A stretch of DNA of 64,000 nt from a bacterium (GTDB taxonomy: Bacteria; Actinomycetota; Acidimicrobiia; Acidimicrobiales; CATQHL01), in assembly GCA_028824415.1 (NCBI GenBank), contig JAPPDX010000107.1:522-64521 (forward strand). Direction: 5' to 3'. This document shows positions 1-8,482 of the stretch, piece by piece; the stretch's first letter is position 1; the number at the start of each line of letters is the position of its first letter. Made by a program: the position numbers and the translations under genes. The notes beneath the pieces are model-generated. The model had not been told where the DNA came from, made no database searches, and saw nothing but the letters and a program-made list of their open reading frames with translations.

Positions 1-1
1 T

Positions 2-64
2 GGCTCACAGCCAGACCATCGAAATGATGATCGACGCCCGCGAGTGGCTCGCCGAGGTCCTCTG
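2..64 (+). CDS. 3' end of an unidentified CDS entering from the left window edge (partial)
   Basis: The frame is open from base 2 to TGA at 62-64 (AHSQTIEMMIDAREWLAEVL*). 18 of 20 codons end in G/C, like the confident genes here. Too short to name. Confidence 0.3.
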
Positions 65-192
65 AACCCACCCGGCTAACCGGTCGGCTACGCCTCCAGC
101 AGGCATCGGGGTTCTGTTACTGAGGCCCTGCTCGGCAGTTGCGGCGCGGCCCAGGCCGCGGGACTGAGGTGCGGGGACGCGAAACCTGTCAA

Positions 193-1215
193 TCAGAGAG
201 CGAGCCGGACGAGGCTTCCGTCGGCCCGCCCGATCAGGAGGCTGTCCTCGTTGACCCACCGGAGTCGACTGGTCGCGGCATCGGACTCGATTGCAGTCAC
301 CGGCGACAGGTCCTCGCCAGCACGAGTCGGGGTAGGCCACACGATGGTGCGGCCATCTCCTCCCCCCGTTGCGACGGACCTGCCGGATGGGTCCCAGGCG
401 ACGTCCTCAATGTGGTTGTCGTGACCGGAGGCAACCGCCGGCGTGGTGCCGGCGGGTCCCCGTCCGCCGAAGTCCCAGACGGTGAGTTCTTCGAGGCACG
501 CAACCGCGAGCCATCGGCTGTCGTGGCGGAACCCGAGTCGCTCGATCTTGGACGGATAGCCGGACATCGCGAGGTCCCGACCGCTCCAGAGCCGCCACAG
601 ATGTACGCTCGCATCTTGGGCGCCGGCGCAGGCCCATGAGCCATTTGGGGACATCACCAGCGAGAGCAGCGACCCTTTCCAGTCAAAGCGACGTCGACGG
701 CCGGTCCGTGGTCCCACGACATCGTGCCAACCAATGCCGCCGTATGCGGTCGCACCGACGCGAGTGCCGTCGGTCGACCAGGCGACCGACGTCACCGTCG
801 AGGGTTGATCGTCGAAATCGTGGAGAAGCGCGCCGTCCTGGTCGGTGATGAGAAGGTGCCGGCCCGCCCCGATCGCAAGCACGGGCGCTGCCGACGACCA
901 GGCCAGTGCCGTCACCCAGGCCGACGCGGCAACGAAGCCCTGAGCGGCTCCGGTGTGGTCATAGATCCGTACGTACCCGTCCTGACCCCCGACCGCGAGG
1001 CGGCTGCCATCGGCTGACCAGGCAGCGCTCAAGACTCCCATCTCATGCCGGCCCAGCGCGATGGCCGAGCCGTCGTCGATGTCGATGAGGGCGGCGTCGC
1101 CACCCAGGGAGCCGACGACAGCCTGGCTGCGGTCCCGATTTACTTCAAGCACCTGCACGTAGTCTTCGACGTCCACCCGCCATTGACGGATGGGCGTCGT
1201 CCCGGTGCTGGTCAT
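193..1215 (-). CDS. WD40-repeat beta-propeller protein
   Basis: Repeats such as [43 protein letters not shown] and [22 protein letters not shown]. The start is set at ATG 1215 ([12 protein letters not shown]), which overlaps the upstream stop as ATGA. The ORF-track start at 1311 would overlap that gene by about 100 nt. Confidence 0.8.
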   Translation of the reverse strand: MTSTGTTPIRQWRVDVEDYVQVLEVNRDRSQAVVGSLGGDAALIDIDDGSAIALGRHEMGVLSAAWSADGSRLAVGGQDGYVRIYDHTGAAQGFVAASAWVTALAWSSAAPVLAIGAGRHLLITDQDGALLHDFDDQPSTVTSVAWSTDGTRVGATAYGGIGWHDVVGPRTGRRRRFDWKGSLLSLVMSPNGSWACAGAQDASVHLWRLWSGRDLAMSGYPSKIERLGFRHDSRWLAVACLEELTVWDFGGRGPAGTTPAVASGHDNHIEDVAWDPSGRSVATGGGDGRTIVWPTPTRAGEDLSPVTAIESDAATSRLRWVNEDSLLIGRADGSLVRLAL

Positions 1216-2195
1216 GCCAGGCAGGACTTGAAGCCGGCCTCCAGTGATGCTCGGTCGAGGTTGCGTCCGATGAACACGAGACGGTTGCGCCGTTCCTCGC
1301 GGTCTCCCCACGCCCCTTGGGCCCGGCCGTCGAGCAGCATGTGGACGCCCTGGAACACATAACGCTCATCCCAGCCGGCAATCGACAGGATGCCCTTCGA
1401 GCGGAAGATGTCGGTCCCCTTCGTGCGCAGGAGATCGCCCAGCCATTCATTCAGCCGGTCGAGATCGAGGTCGCCTTCGGTCTCGATCCCAACCGACGTC
1501 ACGCTGAGGTCGTGCTGATGCTCGGCGTCGGGGTCGAGGAACTCGGGGTCATCGGCCAGCACACGCTCGAGCGAGAACGCACCGACCTCGAGGATGGTGT
1601 CAAGGTCGACCTTGCCGTGCTGGGTCTGGATGATGGGCGCGAGTGGGTTGATCTGCCGGATGCGGGACTCCACGTCGTCTAGCTCGCTGGTGTCGGCGAG
1701 GTCGATCTTGTTGAGCACGATCCGATCGGCGAACGCCAGTTGCTCGACAGCCTCGTTCTCGACCCCTTCGGGCTTCTCTTCGTCCAGATGGGGAACCAGG
1801 TGCTTGGCATCAACCACCGTGACAATGGCGTCGAGCCGCAACTGGGCTGCCATCTCATCGTCGACGAAGAACGTCTGGGCCACCGGTGCAGGGTCAGCCA
1901 GCCCCGTCGTCTCGATGAGGATCTGGTCGAACCGGTCCTTGCGCCGCATCAGATTGCCGAGAATGCGGATCAGATCGCCTCGAACGGTGCAGCAGATGCA
2001 CCCGTTGTTCATCTCGAAGATCTCTTCCTCGGCATCGAGGACGATGGCATCGTCGATGCCAATCTCGCCGAACTCGTTTTCGATCACCGCAATCCGCTTG
2101 CCGTGCTGCTCGGTGAGGATGTGATTCAACAACGTCGTCTTGCCCGCACCGAGAAAGCCGGTGAGCACCGTCACAGGAACCCGCTCATCAACCAT
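1212..2195 (-). CDS. COG0523/CobW-family metal-chaperone GTPase
   Basis: Walker [17 protein letters not shown], CxCC motif [12 protein letters not shown], and a CobW_C-like C-terminus. The start is set at ATG 2195 ([11 protein letters not shown]). The 2300 start would overlap the divergent permease ATG. Confidence 0.9.
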   Translation of the reverse strand: MVDERVPVTVLTGFLGAGKTTLLNHILTEQHGKRIAVIENEFGEIGIDDAIVLDAEEEIFEMNNGCICCTVRGDLIRILGNLMRRKDRFDQILIETTGLADPAPVAQTFFVDDEMAAQLRLDAIVTVVDAKHLVPHLDEEKPEGVENEAVEQLAFADRIVLNKIDLADTSELDDVESRIRQINPLAPIIQTQHGKVDLDTILEVGAFSLERVLADDPEFLDPDAEHQHDLSVTSVGIETEGDLDLDRLNEWLGDLLRTKGTDIFRSKGILSIAGWDERYVFQGVHMLLDGRAQGAWGDREERRNRLVFIGRNLDRASLEAGFKSCLA

Positions 2196-2202
2196 GGCAT
2201 GA

Positions 2203-2225
2203 ATGGTACTGATTCTTATTCCTAT
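2203..2225. promoter_or_regulatory. AT-rich 23-bp box A (candidate Fur/Zur-family operator)
   Basis: ATGGTACTGATTCTTATTCCTAT, 17/23 identical to box B. It ends 8 nt from the COG0523 start codon. Confidence 0.45.
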
Positions 2226-2264
2226 TGCCACCGAGGTACTGGTTGGTAAAGCGCCGCTGAACTG

Positions 2265-2287
2265 ATAGGAATCATTCTCATTCCTAT
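2265..2287. promoter_or_regulatory. AT-rich 23-bp box B, perfect 8-7-8 inverted repeat (candidate Fur/Zur-family operator)
   Basis: ATAGGAATcattctcATTCCTAT. It ends 12 nt before the permease ATG at 2299 and stands out from the surrounding GC-rich sequence. Confidence 0.5.
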
Positions 2288-2298
2288 AGAGGTCGGTC

Positions 2299-3354
2299 AT
2301 GTCGCTTCCTGAGGCTCGGGATCAACAGCAGTGGAGTCGCCGCTCCACCCTCATTGGCCTCGCGCTGGTGAGCGTCGTGTCGATGATCGTCGCCATTGGG
2401 CTCGGCCCGGTCGGAGTGATACCTCCAACGGCCCTACGGATCATCGGTCACCACACGATCGGGGTGCCCGAGGTCATGAGCTGGGCGAGAACCGACGACG
2501 CAATCATCTGGGAGGTGCGCCTGCCGCGGGTGCTGCTCGGCGCGATCGTGGGCACCGCCCTCGGCGTCGCCGGCGTGACCCTCCAGGCTCTGGTTCGCAA
2601 CCCGCTGGCCGAGCCGTACATCCTCGGCGTGAGTTCGGGGGGTTCCACCGGCGCGGCCGCGGCGATCCTGTTCGGGGTTGGCTCCGGGTTGGGGCCGGAG
2701 TCGGTGTCTCTCATGGCATTCCTGGGTGCCCTCGGCGCCCTTGCTCTTGTGCTGGCGCTGGCCAGGTCTACCGGTCGGATCACGCCCTCGCGGATGATTG
2801 TGGCGGGGGTTGCCGTCGGCTACCTGCTGAGCGCCACCACCAGCTTGCTGATCCTCTTCGCCGACAGCGCCGAAGGGGCCCGAGCAGTCATGTTCTGGCT
2901 CCTCGGGTCGCTCGCGAACGCGGACTGGTCGACGCTGCCGATCGGCTACCTCGGCATGGGTGCCGGCATGGTCCTCGTGTACTGGTGGCGCCGCCGGCTC
3001 GACCTGCTCGCGCTCGGCGACGAGACCGCGATGGCGAGCGGCGTCGATCCCGGCCGCACCCGAATGGTGCTCGTGGTCGTGGTGGCACTGTGCGTCGGCT
3101 TCGCCGTATCGCTGTCGGGAGGCATCGGATTCGTCGGTCTCGCAGCCCCCCACATCGCACGCCGAATCGTCGGTCCGATCCACCGCCACCTGGTCCCGGC
3201 GTCCGCCGCCCTCGGCGCCATCATCCTCGTCTGGGCCGATGTCGCGGCCCGCATGGTCCTGCAGCCCCGCGAGCTCCCGATCGGCGTCGTCACCGGGGTG
3301 CTCGGTGCGCCGGTCCTCGTCGCGCTCGTCCGCAAGCTCCCGCACAACAACTGA
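2299..3354 (+). CDS. ABC importer permease, FecCD/BtuC family
   Basis: Polytopic membrane protein with FecCD-type motifs ([17 protein letters not shown]; [19 protein letters not shown]). It is followed by a class-III binding protein and an ATPase. Confidence 0.9.
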   Translation: MSLPEARDQQQWSRRSTLIGLALVSVVSMIVAIGLGPVGVIPPTALRIIGHHTIGVPEVMSWARTDDAIIWEVRLPRVLLGAIVGTALGVAGVTLQALVRNPLAEPYILGVSSGGSTGAAAAILFGVGSGLGPESVSLMAFLGALGALALVLALARSTGRITPSRMIVAGVAVGYLLSATTSLLILFADSAEGARAVMFWLLGSLANADWSTLPIGYLGMGAGMVLVYWWRRRLDLLALGDETAMASGVDPGRTRMVLVVVVALCVGFAVSLSGGIGFVGLAAPHIARRIVGPIHRHLVPASAALGAIILVWADVAARMVLQPRELPIGVVTGVLGAPVLVALVRKLPHNN

Positions 3355-3445
3355 GAGCGACCGCGCCCGCGAAACGAACCACACGAACCACTCCCCAAGC
3401 CCCCCAACCACAAATGAGCGCGACCGCGCTCGCGAAAGGAAAACC

Positions 3446-4510
3446 ATGAAACCGTCACTGTTCAGGCTGCATGCAGTCGTATTGCTTGTTGTCGTTGGTC
3501 TTGTGGCCTCGTCGTGCGGAGGCAGCGACGACTCCTCCACCTCTGCCACCTCCGCTTCCGAGGGAGCAGACGGCGAGGCGACGGCAGTAAGTGAGCCTGC
3601 CGAAGGCGACCAGGCAGCCACCGACGACGGATTCCCCCTGACCTTCACCAATTGCGACGACGAGTTCACCCTCGACTCGGCTCCTGAGCGGGTGTTGTTG
3701 ATGGAGGCCGCCGCGCCATCGCTGCTGTTCGCTGCCGGTGCCATGGACCGTGTGGTCGCTCGCATCGAGGACTTCCCCGAGGAGTACTACACCGCCGACG
3801 AGATGGCCGTCCTCCGCGCCATCCCGGCGTTGCTGGCCGAGGCCACCGCGACCGGCGGTGTCGAAGTCTCGATCGAGGAGATCATCGCCCACGAACCCGA
3901 CATCGTCATCGGCTACGACACCGCAACGCTCACCCACGACACGCTCGGCGACGTCGGAATCCAGCTCTATGTGATGCCCCCGTTCTGCGACAACCCACCG
4001 ACACCGTCGTTCGAGAGCATCCTGGAAGAGGTCCGCCTCTACGGGGAGATCTTCGGCACGACGGAGATCGCCAATGCCAGCGCCGCCGCGCTGGAGGCCG
4101 CGGTGGCCACCGCAGCCGATGCGCCCGTCGCCGCGGGCAAGACCGCTGCTGCTCTCTATGTCAGCTCCGACGGCAGCGCCATCTACGCCTATTCCTCGCT
4201 CGGCATGGTGCATCCGCTGATGGAGGCCCTCGGCATGACCAACGTCTTCGCCGAACTCAGCGAGCGGGTGCCCGAGGTCTCGATCGAAGAGGTCATCGGT
4301 CGCAACCCCCAGATCCTGGTCCTGCTCTATGACGACACTGGTCTCACTCCCGAGGAGATAAGCGCGATGGTCACCGGACGCCCGGGCGCCGGCAGCATCA
4401 CCGCGGTGGCCGAAGGCGCTGTCTACCCGCTCCTGTTCAACTACGCCGAGCCGCCAACACCACTCGTGGTGGAGGGACTGTCAGTGCTCAGCACCCAGAT
4501 CGCCCGGTGA
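3446..4510 (+). CDS. ABC substrate-binding lipoprotein, FecB/BtuF-like (siderophore/cobalamin/metallophore class)
   Basis: Start at ATG 3446 (MKPSLFRLHAVVLLVVVGLVASSC|GG lipobox), in frame within ORF 2960..4510. The periplasmic-binding-protein domain includes EPDIVIGYD and NPQILVLLYDD. Confidence 0.85.
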   Translation: MKPSLFRLHAVVLLVVVGLVASSCGGSDDSSTSATSASEGADGEATAVSEPAEGDQAATDDGFPLTFTNCDDEFTLDSAPERVLLMEAAAPSLLFAAGAMDRVVARIEDFPEEYYTADEMAVLRAIPALLAEATATGGVEVSIEEIIAHEPDIVIGYDTATLTHDTLGDVGIQLYVMPPFCDNPPTPSFESILEEVRLYGEIFGTTEIANASAAALEAAVATAADAPVAAGKTAAALYVSSDGSAIYAYSSLGMVHPLMEALGMTNVFAELSERVPEVSIEEVIGRNPQILVLLYDDTGLTPEEISAMVTGRPGAGSITAVAEGAVYPLLFNYAEPPTPLVVEGLSVLSTQIAR

Positions 4511-4517
4511 CGATCCG

Positions 4518-5282
4518 ATGATCGCGGCCACCGGCATCGACCTGCGGCTCGGCGCGAGCGATGTCCTGTCCGGGGCGCGGCTCTGCACACGCCCCGGACA
4601 GGTCGTCGGTCTCATCGGGCCCAATGGCAGCGGCAAGTCATCGTTGCTGCGCTGCCTGTATGGGATGCTCCGCCCGAACCGAGGCGCCGTTCTCATCGAC
4701 GACAAGGCGATCGAGTCGATGTCACAACGCTCGATTGCACGTGCGATCGCGGTCGTGGCCCAGGACGCCTCTGCCGACGGGATCGACATCACGGTCGGCG
4801 AGTTCGTGCTGCTGGGTCGCCACGTTCATCGTGGCGACCATGAGGGATTCACCGACGACGACTGCAAGGTCGCTCTCGACGGACTGGAAATGGTGGACCT
4901 GTCGGGCTTCGCCGAGCGGCACCTCCACGAGATGTCAGGCGGAGAACGCCAGCGGGTGATGATCGCCCGGTGTATCGCTCAACAGAGCCCGGTCATCCTG
5001 CTCGACGAGCCCACCAATCATCTCGATGTCCGCTACCAGCATGAGGTGCTCACGCTGGTTCGGCAGCTCAAGAACGACACCATCGTGGTGCTCCACGACC
5101 TCAACCTCGCCGGCCGCTACTGCGATCATCTCGCCCTCCTCGACCGGGGCAGGGTCGTGCATCAGGGTCAGCCCGACGATGTTCTGCGAAGCGATGTGCT
5201 CGAACCCGTCTACGGCATCGAGGTGCGACGACTCGCCGATGGGCAGCATCCCCACCTCGCGTTCGGCCCCCTCACGCGGTGA
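4518..5282 (+). CDS. ABC transporter ATP-binding protein (FepC/FecE-like)
   Basis: Walker A GPNGSGKSSLL, signature LSGGERQRV, Walker B ILLDEPTNHLD. Confidence 0.9.
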   Translation: MIAATGIDLRLGASDVLSGARLCTRPGQVVGLIGPNGSGKSSLLRCLYGMLRPNRGAVLIDDKAIESMSQRSIARAIAVVAQDASADGIDITVGEFVLLGRHVHRGDHEGFTDDDCKVALDGLEMVDLSGFAERHLHEMSGGERQRVMIARCIAQQSPVILLDEPTNHLDVRYQHEVLTLVRQLKNDTIVVLHDLNLAGRYCDHLALLDRGRVVHQGQPDDVLRSDVLEPVYGIEVRRLADGQHPHLAFGPLTR

Positions 5283-5295
5283 CCGGCGGCGAGCC

Positions 5296-5664
5296 ATGAC
5301 CAAGGCGCCAAGCGCACTCGGCTCCGGGACCGGCACGCGGGTCCTGATCTGTCGCGGCTGCTGCTGTGGCACCGAGCGAAAGCACCCCGCGGTCGACCAC
5401 GACGGGCAGATCGTCGCGATCTCGGCGCTGGCGCGAGCTCGTGTTGTGGACTGCGTCGGCGAGTGCGCCCACTCCAATGTCGTGATCGTCCGCTCGGGCA
5501 ACGGGCCATCGGTGTGGCTCGGTGGCATCAACAACCCCGCGATCACCTCCGCCCTGTGCGACTGGCTCGTTGCCGGCGCCCCGCAGCCGCCCCCCCAGGT
5601 TCTTCAGTCGAGGGTCATCGTTCGGCGATCAGAGGCAGTCGGGGCAGGTGCCGAACACGTCTAG
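5296..5664 (+). CDS. Small Cys-rich protein, thioredoxin-fold [2Fe-2S] ferredoxin-like (tentative)
   Basis: ATG lies 14 nt after the ATPase stop. Cysteine pattern: RVLICRGCCCGTERKHP ... VDCVGECAHSNVVIV ... LCDWL. The 3' end overlaps the convergent Fur-family gene by 36 nt. Confidence 0.5.
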   Translation: MTKAPSALGSGTGTRVLICRGCCCGTERKHPAVDHDGQIVAISALARARVVDCVGECAHSNVVIVRSGNGPSVWLGGINNPAITSALCDWLVAGAPQPPPQVLQSRVIVRRSEAVGAGAEHV

Positions 5665-6072
5665 CCGGTGGGTGCTTGGCTGGAACCCGCTCGTGTCCAA
5701 CGCCGTGTCGAGTGATGTCTCGAGGTTCCGCTCGGCCGCGGCCGGCATGAAGAAATCGTCAACGGTGCCGCACACGGTGCAGATGGTGTGGTGGTGATGA
5801 CCGATGATGTCCTCGGAGAACTCGTAGCGGGTCGGGTCGTTCGCCCCGACGACTCGCTGCACGATGCCCACGCTCTCGAGATCGGTCATGTTGCGATAGA
5901 GCGAGCTCTGCGTCAGGCCAGGACGCATGTCGAGCATCTCCGGGACGCTCGCCGGTCGCCCGGCGCGAACGAGAAGATCCACCAGTTCCCGCCGGCCCTT
6001 GGTGTAATGCTGGCCGGCCTCACGGAGGCGAGCCGACACCAAGTCGTGCGTTTCGGCAGGTCGCAGGCCCAT
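5629..6072 (-). CDS. Fur-family metalloregulator (Zur/Fur-like)
   Basis: 147 aa with a winged-helix N-terminal half (LTQSSLYRNMTDLESVGIV), then HHHHTICTVCG and FGTCPDC (two CxxC pairs). Confidence 0.85.
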   Translation of the reverse strand: MGLRPAETHDLVSARLREAGQHYTKGRRELVDLLVRAGRPASVPEMLDMRPGLTQSSLYRNMTDLESVGIVQRVVGANDPTRYEFSEDIIGHHHHTICTVCGTVDDFFMPAAAERNLETSLDTALDTSGFQPSTHRLDVFGTCPDCL

Positions 6073-6176
6073 GACCAGATCCTAGTGAACGGCCTCGGAT
6101 TCATCGGCTCGACATGAGGTCGACACCGGGGTCCTCCCGGTCGCGCTCGCGGTCGACAGCACCCCGCCCCGGGGCC

Positions 6177-8312
6177 TCAAACCACCGTGACGTTGATGGT
6201 GTGCCAGCCGGTGGCGCCGTCGGGTGCGGGGGGCCGCACCTCGGAGGTCTGGGTGTAGCCCGTTCCGTCGGTGGCGCGGCAGCGGATCTGGTAGCTGCCG
6301 GGCCGGGCGTCCCAGGCGTATACCCACTGGCGCCAGGAGTTGACCGACATGTTGTTGCTCACCTCGGCTGCGACCCAGGGCCCGTTGCCGATCTGCACCT
6401 CGACCCCCTGGACGCTCTTCGTCGGTGCCCAGGCGACGCCTGCGACGGCTACCCTGCCCGCCCTCACGCGTGAGCCGCGGCGTGGCACGTCGATGCGGGA
6501 CTGCGTCTTGATGGGGCCGCGCTTGGCCCAGCCCCGCGGTACCCAGTAGGAGTCGAACCCCTCCCAGGTGGTGAGCCGGATCTCCTCCAACCACTTCGTG
6601 GCCGACACGTAGCCGTAGAGGCCCGCGATGACAAGCCGGACCGGGAACCCGTGCTCGCGGGGCAGCGGCTCGCCGTTCATCGCCACCGCCACCAGCGCCA
6701 CGCGCCCGTCGAAGGCGTACTCGGTGGGGAAGCCGGAGTTCCAGTTGTCGACCGAGCGCCCGACGATCTGGGTGGCGCCGCGCTGCACGCCGGCGCGGTT
6801 CAACACGTCGGACAGCGGCACGCCGCGCCAGACGGCGTTGTCGACGAGATTCCCCCCCACTTGGTTGGAGACGCAACTGAGCGTGACCGGGGTCTCCACC
6901 AGCCCCATGTCGATGAGTTCGGCGAAACTCAACGTGTACGGACGGTCGACCATCCCGGAGATGGACAGTTCCCAGCTGTTCACGTCCACCGATGGGACCA
7001 CGATGGCGGTGTCGATCCGGTAGAAGTCCGAGTTCGGCGTCACGATGGGCGAGATGCCGTTCACGGTGTTGTCGTAGTAGCCCGCCCGGTTCCGCTGCGG
7101 CGGCGGAGGCGGGGGTGGGGGCGGCGCCTGGGTCGTGGGAGGCGGCGCCTGGGTGGTGGTCGTTGTGGTCCGTTCGCCGGGGTCGCCCACGGGAGGAGCG
7201 TTCCCGCCTGCAGAGGGCTGTGTGGTGCCGGAAGCGGCCTGCTCAGCCGGTGCGGCCGGTGCCTGGGTCGTGGGAACGGCGGTGTCGCCGCTTTCGACCG
7301 GGGCCGGGCCGGGAGCCGGCGCCGGAGCGGCAACCTGGTCCCCGTCGGCTGCCACTGTCGTCGGGGTGGTCTCTCCGGGTGCGGTGGTCGTGGGGCTCGG
7401 GGCGGCGGTATCGACGGTCGATGCCTCGTCCACCCCTGTGTCGAGGGTCTCGCCCCCCGGGCCGCTGGTCGGTTTGGTCGTGCCGCTGTCCACCGGAGCG
7501 GGCGCCGAGCCGCCGCCCACCGTGGTGGGGGTGGTGCCACCCCCAACCGTCGTGGCGGGCGTTTCGGTTCCTGCGCCCCCGGCGTCGGTCCTCACCTCGG
7601 CGCTGCTCAGCAGGTCCGCCACGCTGGCCCGGCCGGCCGCCACGTCGCCACGACGCCCGCCCAGGAAACGACCCACGCCGCTCGCGGCCAGGGCGCCGAC
7701 CGCGGTGGCACCGGCGGCGGTGAGGAACCAGCGGCGCCCGGTCTCGTTCAGGTACGGGTGGGGTTGGCGGGGCTTGATCCCGGTGGCGGAGGCGGGCTGG
7801 ATCGGCGAGATCAGACGCAGCATCCCCCAGAGCGTCCCGCCCCCCACCACGACCGCCAGAGCGGCGGTCAGCACAGCCATGGATGTCGCGGCGGTCGGGC
7901 TGATGTTGACGGCCAAGCCGCCGAGGGTCCCGAAGGCGACGAAGACGACCGCGATCACCCAGCGGTGGCGCCGGGCCACGATGCCGGTGAGGGCTCCCAG
8001 CACGAGTGTCGCCGCCAGTACGCCGTAGAACAGCAGCGGCTTCTGGGCCGACCCGAAGGTGTCGATACTCCAGCGGATGACTGCTCCCGGGACGAAGCGG
8101 CTGTCCACGATGGCGTCGGAGACTCCCAGTATCAGCGACTGGCCGCGGTCGCTGATGCCCGAGATCAGCTCGCCGACCGAGATCGCCGCGCCGGCGCTCA
8201 GCAGGCCGGCCAGCGCGGCCCACGGCACCGTCGAGCCCGGCTGGGGCTTCAGGCGGAACCGGCGACTCCTGCCTGCGGCCGTTTCGTGATCGTCGGAGGG
8301 ACCCGAGGCCAT
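6177..8312 (-). CDS. Membrane-anchored molybdopterin-dependent oxidoreductase (sulfite-oxidase/YedY fold)
   Basis: N-terminal multi-TM region, a long Pro/Thr/Ala/Gly linker, then a Mo-pterin domain (VTLSCVSNQVGG; NGEPLPREHGFPVRLVIAGLYGYVSATKWL) and an Ig-like C-terminal domain. Confidence 0.85.
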   Translation of the reverse strand: MASGPSDDHETAAGRSRRFRLKPQPGSTVPWAALAGLLSAGAAISVGELISGISDRGQSLILGVSDAIVDSRFVPGAVIRWSIDTFGSAQKPLLFYGVLAATLVLGALTGIVARRHRWVIAVVFVAFGTLGGLAVNISPTAATSMAVLTAALAVVVGGGTLWGMLRLISPIQPASATGIKPRQPHPYLNETGRRWFLTAAGATAVGALAASGVGRFLGGRRGDVAAGRASVADLLSSAEVRTDAGGAGTETPATTVGGGTTPTTVGGGSAPAPVDSGTTKPTSGPGGETLDTGVDEASTVDTAAPSPTTTAPGETTPTTVAADGDQVAAPAPAPGPAPVESGDTAVPTTQAPAAPAEQAASGTTQPSAGGNAPPVGDPGERTTTTTTQAPPPTTQAPPPPPPPPPQRNRAGYYDNTVNGISPIVTPNSDFYRIDTAIVVPSVDVNSWELSISGMVDRPYTLSFAELIDMGLVETPVTLSCVSNQVGGNLVDNAVWRGVPLSDVLNRAGVQRGATQIVGRSVDNWNSGFPTEYAFDGRVALVAVAMNGEPLPREHGFPVRLVIAGLYGYVSATKWLEEIRLTTWEGFDSYWVPRGWAKRGPIKTQSRIDVPRRGSRVRAGRVAVAGVAWAPTKSVQGVEVQIGNGPWVAAEVSNNMSVNSWRQWVYAWDARPGSYQIRCRATDGTGYTQTSEVRPPAPDGATGWHTINVTVV

Positions 8313-8482
8313 TGCTCCGCCTCTCGCTGTTGGTCTGGTCGTCGCCTCCTAGTCTGGCAGGGAAGGGTCCGCGAAAGCGCGCAGACATCTTTGGATTTTC
8401 CGCGCCGAAAGGGACAAGACTCTTTGCTATTCCGCAGTTGGGACACTCCTGGCACCGTTGTGCGTGACGAGCGCGGGCGGCC

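Noticed and set aside
2196-2298. Cobalamin riboswitch upstream of the BtuC/FecCD-type importer or upstream of the B12-dependent mutase operon (29282-29407)
   Set aside because: Both leaders are only ~100-125 nt. I could not find a B12-box-like element or the multi-stem architecture. The importer spacer is better explained by the twin protein-binding-type boxes.
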